64,000 bases of DNA from Candidatus Moraniibacteriota bacterium. Its GTDB lineage: Bacteria > Patescibacteriota > Minisyncoccia > Moranbacterales > UBA1568. Location: assembly GCA_016182385.1 (NCBI GenBank), contig JACPGV010000002.1, positions 189,190-253,189 on the forward strand. The letters run 5' to 3'. How positions within the stretch are numbered: position 1 is the stretch's first letter; each line of letters starts with the position of its first letter. Made by a program: the position numbers and the translations under genes. This document shows positions 61,093-64,000 of this stretch, piece after piece. The notes below the pieces were generated by a model, which was given only the letters and a program-made list of their open reading frames with translations, was not told the origin of the DNA and made no database searches.

Positions 61093-61497
61093 ATGTTGAT
61101 TATCCGTCTCAATCGCACAGGTAAAAGGAATCGCGCGCATTTTCGTGTTGTTTTGCAGGAGCACACGAAGGCTCCGGGCAAGCGTCACGTGGAGATATTG
61201 GGAAGTGTTGATCCCCACAAAAAGACGACTATTTTGAAAAAAGACCGAATTTTGTATTGGATTGGACAAGGGGTACAAACCTCTGATACGGTGCACAATA
61301 TTTTTGTTCGAGAAGGAGTTATCGATGGGAAAAAGATTGTTAAAAAGATGCCGCGCCCCGCTTCATCTCAGAATGAACAGGGAGAACCAGTAAAAGAGTC
61401 GGAAGCAAAACAAGAAGAATCAAAATCCGAAGTGGTTACCGAAAAACCGACAGAAGAAGTAAAAAAGGAAGAGAAAAAGGAAGAGGTGGCCGCGTAG
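61093..61497 (+). CDS. rpsP: 30S ribosomal protein S16 with acidic C-terminal extension
   Basis: MLIIRLNRTGK, FRVV, EILG, WIGQG. Confidence 0.93.
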   Translation: MLIIRLNRTGKRNRAHFRVVLQEHTKAPGKRHVEILGSVDPHKKTTILKKDRILYWIGQGVQTSDTVHNIFVREGVIDGKKIVKKMPRPASSQNEQGEPVKESEAKQEESKSEVVTEKPTEEVKKEEKKEEVAA

Positions 61498-61500
61498 GTG

Positions 61501-61697
61501 TTGACGGAAGTCTTTTTTTTCGGTAGTATTGAAGTACAACTAAATATTCCGCAGATATGAGGCTTTTTTTAGAAAAACTGTAAGTCCTCACGAGGAAGAA
61601 TCATTTGATGGTAGTCGCAAAAGATAGCGTCGAGTGGTTTTTAAAGAGTATTCTTATCTGCGTTTTTACGCAGATTTTTTGTTTAATATATACGTGT
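61501..61697 (+). promoter_or_regulatory. rplJL promoter and long leader (likely L10 leader)
   Basis: TTGACG-17 bp-TAGTAT followed by a ~165-nt 5' UTR ending in a hairpin plus T run. Confidence 0.5.
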
Positions 61698-62219
61698 ATG
61701 CAAACAAGACAGCAAAAAGAAACGTTGGTCACTAGTGTAACGACGAAGATTAAGAATTCAAAAGCGCTTGTTTTTGCCAATTTCAAGGGAGTATCCGTGA
61801 AGGATGTTACAACAGTACGAAAGGAGCTTGGTAAAAATGGTTCTGGATGGCAAGTGTTGAAGAAAACGCTTCTTAATATTGCCCTCAAAGAGGCTGGCGT
61901 CTTGGTTGACGTGAGGAAATTTGACGGACAGGTTGGCGTAGCATTTTCTTATGACGAAGTGACTGCCGCCAAAGTGCTTTCCAATTTTGTTAAGGCTAAC
62001 AAAGAAGTACCGCTTACCATTGAAGGAGGAGCGCTTGGTGTCAAAGAGCTTTCCGTTCAAGAGGTGACCGCTCTTGCGAAGTTGCCGAGCCGGGATGAGT
62101 TGCGTGCCACATTGGCGGGAACTCTGCAGGCGCCGATTTCTGGATTTGTTCGCGCTTTGAGTGGCAATTTGAGTGGTTTGGTGCGAGTGCTTAAGGCGAT
62201 AGAGGGAAAGAAGGTGTAA
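61698..62219 (+). CDS. rplJ: 50S ribosomal protein L10
   Basis: KKTLL and LAKLPSRDEL motifs; precedes rplL. Confidence 0.95.
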   Translation: MQTRQQKETLVTSVTTKIKNSKALVFANFKGVSVKDVTTVRKELGKNGSGWQVLKKTLLNIALKEAGVLVDVRKFDGQVGVAFSYDEVTAAKVLSNFVKANKEVPLTIEGGALGVKELSVQEVTALAKLPSRDELRATLAGTLQAPISGFVRALSGNLSGLVRVLKAIEGKKV

Positions 62220-62323
62220 TTTTTATTCCATCGCTTTACCGCTTAATGATTGAAAAATTTTGATTGTTAAGCGGTCAAGCGATGAAGTTTATTAATACTG
62301 TAATTATTTAATTATATAATGTT

Positions 62324-62731
62324 ATGACAGAGGAAAAGAAAGAAGTTGTCGTGCCAGAGAAATTCGAAAAACTCGTGGCCGAAATCGAAAAGATGAGCGT
62401 ACTCGACCTTTCCGAGCTCGTGAAAGTGCTTGAGGATAAGTTTGGTGTTTCAGCCGCCGCGCCGATGATGATGGGTGCGATGCCAGCAGCCGCCGGTGCC
62501 GCGGAAGTCGCGGAAGAGAAGACTGATTTTGATGTTGAGCTTACTGCCGCCGGTGCGCAGAAAATCAACGCCATTAAGGCTGTTCGTGAGGTGACTGGCT
62601 TGGGTCTTAAAGAAGCCAAAGATCTCGTCGATGGTGCTCCGAAGGTGATCAAGGAAAAGGTGGCTAAGGCTGATGCTGAGGCGATGAAAAAGAAACTTGA
62701 GGAAGCTGGTGCAACGGTTACGTTGAAGTAA
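62324..62731 (+). CDS. rplL: 50S ribosomal protein L7/L12
   Basis: [26 protein letters not shown]. Confidence 0.98.
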   Translation: MTEEKKEVVVPEKFEKLVAEIEKMSVLDLSELVKVLEDKFGVSAAAPMMMGAMPAAAGAAEVAEEKTDFDVELTAAGAQKINAIKAVREVTGLGLKEAKDLVDGAPKVIKEKVAKADAEAMKKKLEEAGATVTLK

Positions 62732-62744
62732 TTTTTGTGGCAGT

Positions 62745-62779
62745 ATATCACCCGCTTTAAAGCGGGTGATATTTTTTTT
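62745..62779 (+). terminator. Intrinsic terminator after rplL
   Basis: ATATCACCCGCTT/AAGCGGGTGATAT followed by a T run. Confidence 0.85.
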
Positions 62780-62892
62780 GACAAAAAGAAGAGATGGGTT
62801 CATACTATTTTCGTTGTTTATTCTTGTAATAAAAAATAGATAATTTTCCGAACCCTGAGTGCGGAAACTTTGTTTTATTGAGAAAAAATATT

Positions 62893-64000
62893 ATGTCGCT
62901 TGAAACGGTACTTTCTTTTTTCGTTCTTATTTTTATTTCTTTGGGAATATATTTTATCGCGCAACGTTTTCGTTTGCCGTATACGGTACTTTTGGTTTTG
63001 ACGGGATCGTTGCTTGTGCCGCTGACCGCATTGCCATTTCTTTCTTTTCTTCCGGCTTTCCAGTTGACTCCTGAGCTCTTATTTTATCTTTTTTTGCCAA
63101 TACTTATTTTCGAATCGGCGTATAATATGCGGGTGAGAGATCTGATGGAAAACGTCCGTGCTGTAACGTGGTTTTCCGTCGGAAGTCTTCTTATTTCGAT
63201 GTTTTTTATTGCTGGAGTTCTTTTTTTTGTTTTGGATGCTATTGGTATGCCGGTGCCTTTCTTGGTAACGCTTCTTTTTGGTGCTCTTATTTCTGCTACC
63301 GATCCAGTGGCGGTTTTGGCGCTTTTCAAAGAATTTGGCGTACCGCGCCGATTGACGTTTCTTTTTGAAGGGGAAAGTCTTTTTAATGATGGTACCGCCC
63401 TGGCGGCTTTTTTGGTGATTCTGGAAATTATTATGCACGGTTTTTCAGGAATAAGCACCGTGCTTGAGGGATTGTTTATTTTTTTCACAATGGTTTTTGG
63501 CGGAATCGTTTTTGGTATTTTTATGGGATTTCTTTTCGCTAAAATCATTGAAAAAGTACAAGAAAACGAGCACGTTGAGGTTACTCTAACGATGCTTGCG
63601 GCACATTTGACGTTTATTTTTTCTGAAGTTTTTTCCCATCACGTCGTTTTATTCGGTGAACATATTCGACTTTCTTCGATCATCGCGACGGTTATGGCGG
63701 CGATGGTTATTGGAAATTACGGTCGTTCCAAACTTTCTTCATCGAGTTATCATTTTATGGAAGGCTTTTGGGGATATTTTGCTTTTTTGGCGAATTCTCT
63801 TGTTTTTATTACGATGGGTTTTTTGTTCGCCAGTTTGCCGATTGAACTCCAGTATTTTTTTGTCCCGATTCTTTTGACAGTACTTGTCGTTATGATAGCA
63901 AGAGCGTGTTCTATTTACCCGATTGCTTGGTGGCTCAACATCGGAAAAAAGGAAAAAAACATCCCCATGACATGGCAACACCTTCTTTCTTGGGGGAGTT
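62893..64000 (+). CDS. CPA1/NhaP-type Na+/H+ antiporter (runs off the window end; absent from the ORF track)
   Basis: Manual translation: LPYTV, FLPILIFESA, ISATDPVAV, FEGESLFNDG. Confidence 0.9.
   Translation, partial: MSLETVLSFFVLIFISLGIYFIAQRFRLPYTVLLVLTGSLLVPLTALPFLSFLPAFQLTPELLFYLFLPILIFESAYNMRVRDLMENVRAVTWFSVGSLLISMFFIAGVLFFVLDAIGMPVPFLVTLLFGALISATDPVAVLALFKEFGVPRRLTFLFEGESLFNDGTALAAFLVILEIIMHGFSGISTVLEGLFIFFTMVFGGIVFGIFMGFLFAKIIEKVQENEHVEVTLTMLAAHLTFIFSEVFSHHVVLFGEHIRLSSIIATVMAAMVIGNYGRSKLSSSSYHFMEGFWGYFAFLANSLVFITMGFLFASLPIELQYFFVPILLTVLVVMIARACSIYPIAWWLNIGKKEKNIPMTWQHLLSWGS

Overview
Bacterial chromosome segment. Its gene content looks like a CPR/Patescibacteria (Parcubacteria-like) genome, which is an inference from the compact informational genes, full type IV pilus cluster, tRNA-Arg(GCG) and short SMC. 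The backbone carries recG, clpC, comF, pilMNO-pilB-pilT-pilC-pilins-pilD, ligA, gatCA/gatB, secE-nusG-rplK-rplA, a dcd-thyA-folA-kinase-tmk-mazG cluster, miaA, dnaE, rnhB, rpmF, nusB, rnc, smc, rpsP and rplJL. Three accessory regions stand out. (1) An AT-rich island after tRNA-Ser(TGA), bounded by 27-bp direct repeats, encodes a P-loop kinase, a HAD phosphatase and a 1178-aa fusion of zeta-like kinase, Fic, Nudix and nucleoside-phosphorylase-like domains: a candidate undescribed nucleotide-targeting defence or toxin system. (2) An island after tRNA-Ser(GCT), bounded by 37-bp repeats, carries a complete diversity-generating retroelement (DGR). Its VR and TR differ at 20 of 128 nt, all at TR adenines, and its avd gene lies antisense, head-to-head with the RT across a G11 tract. 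(3) An integron-like locus has attC-like palindromes and cassettes, but its tyrosine recombinase lacks the IntI-specific insertion. All calls come from manual motif reading; no database searches were run.
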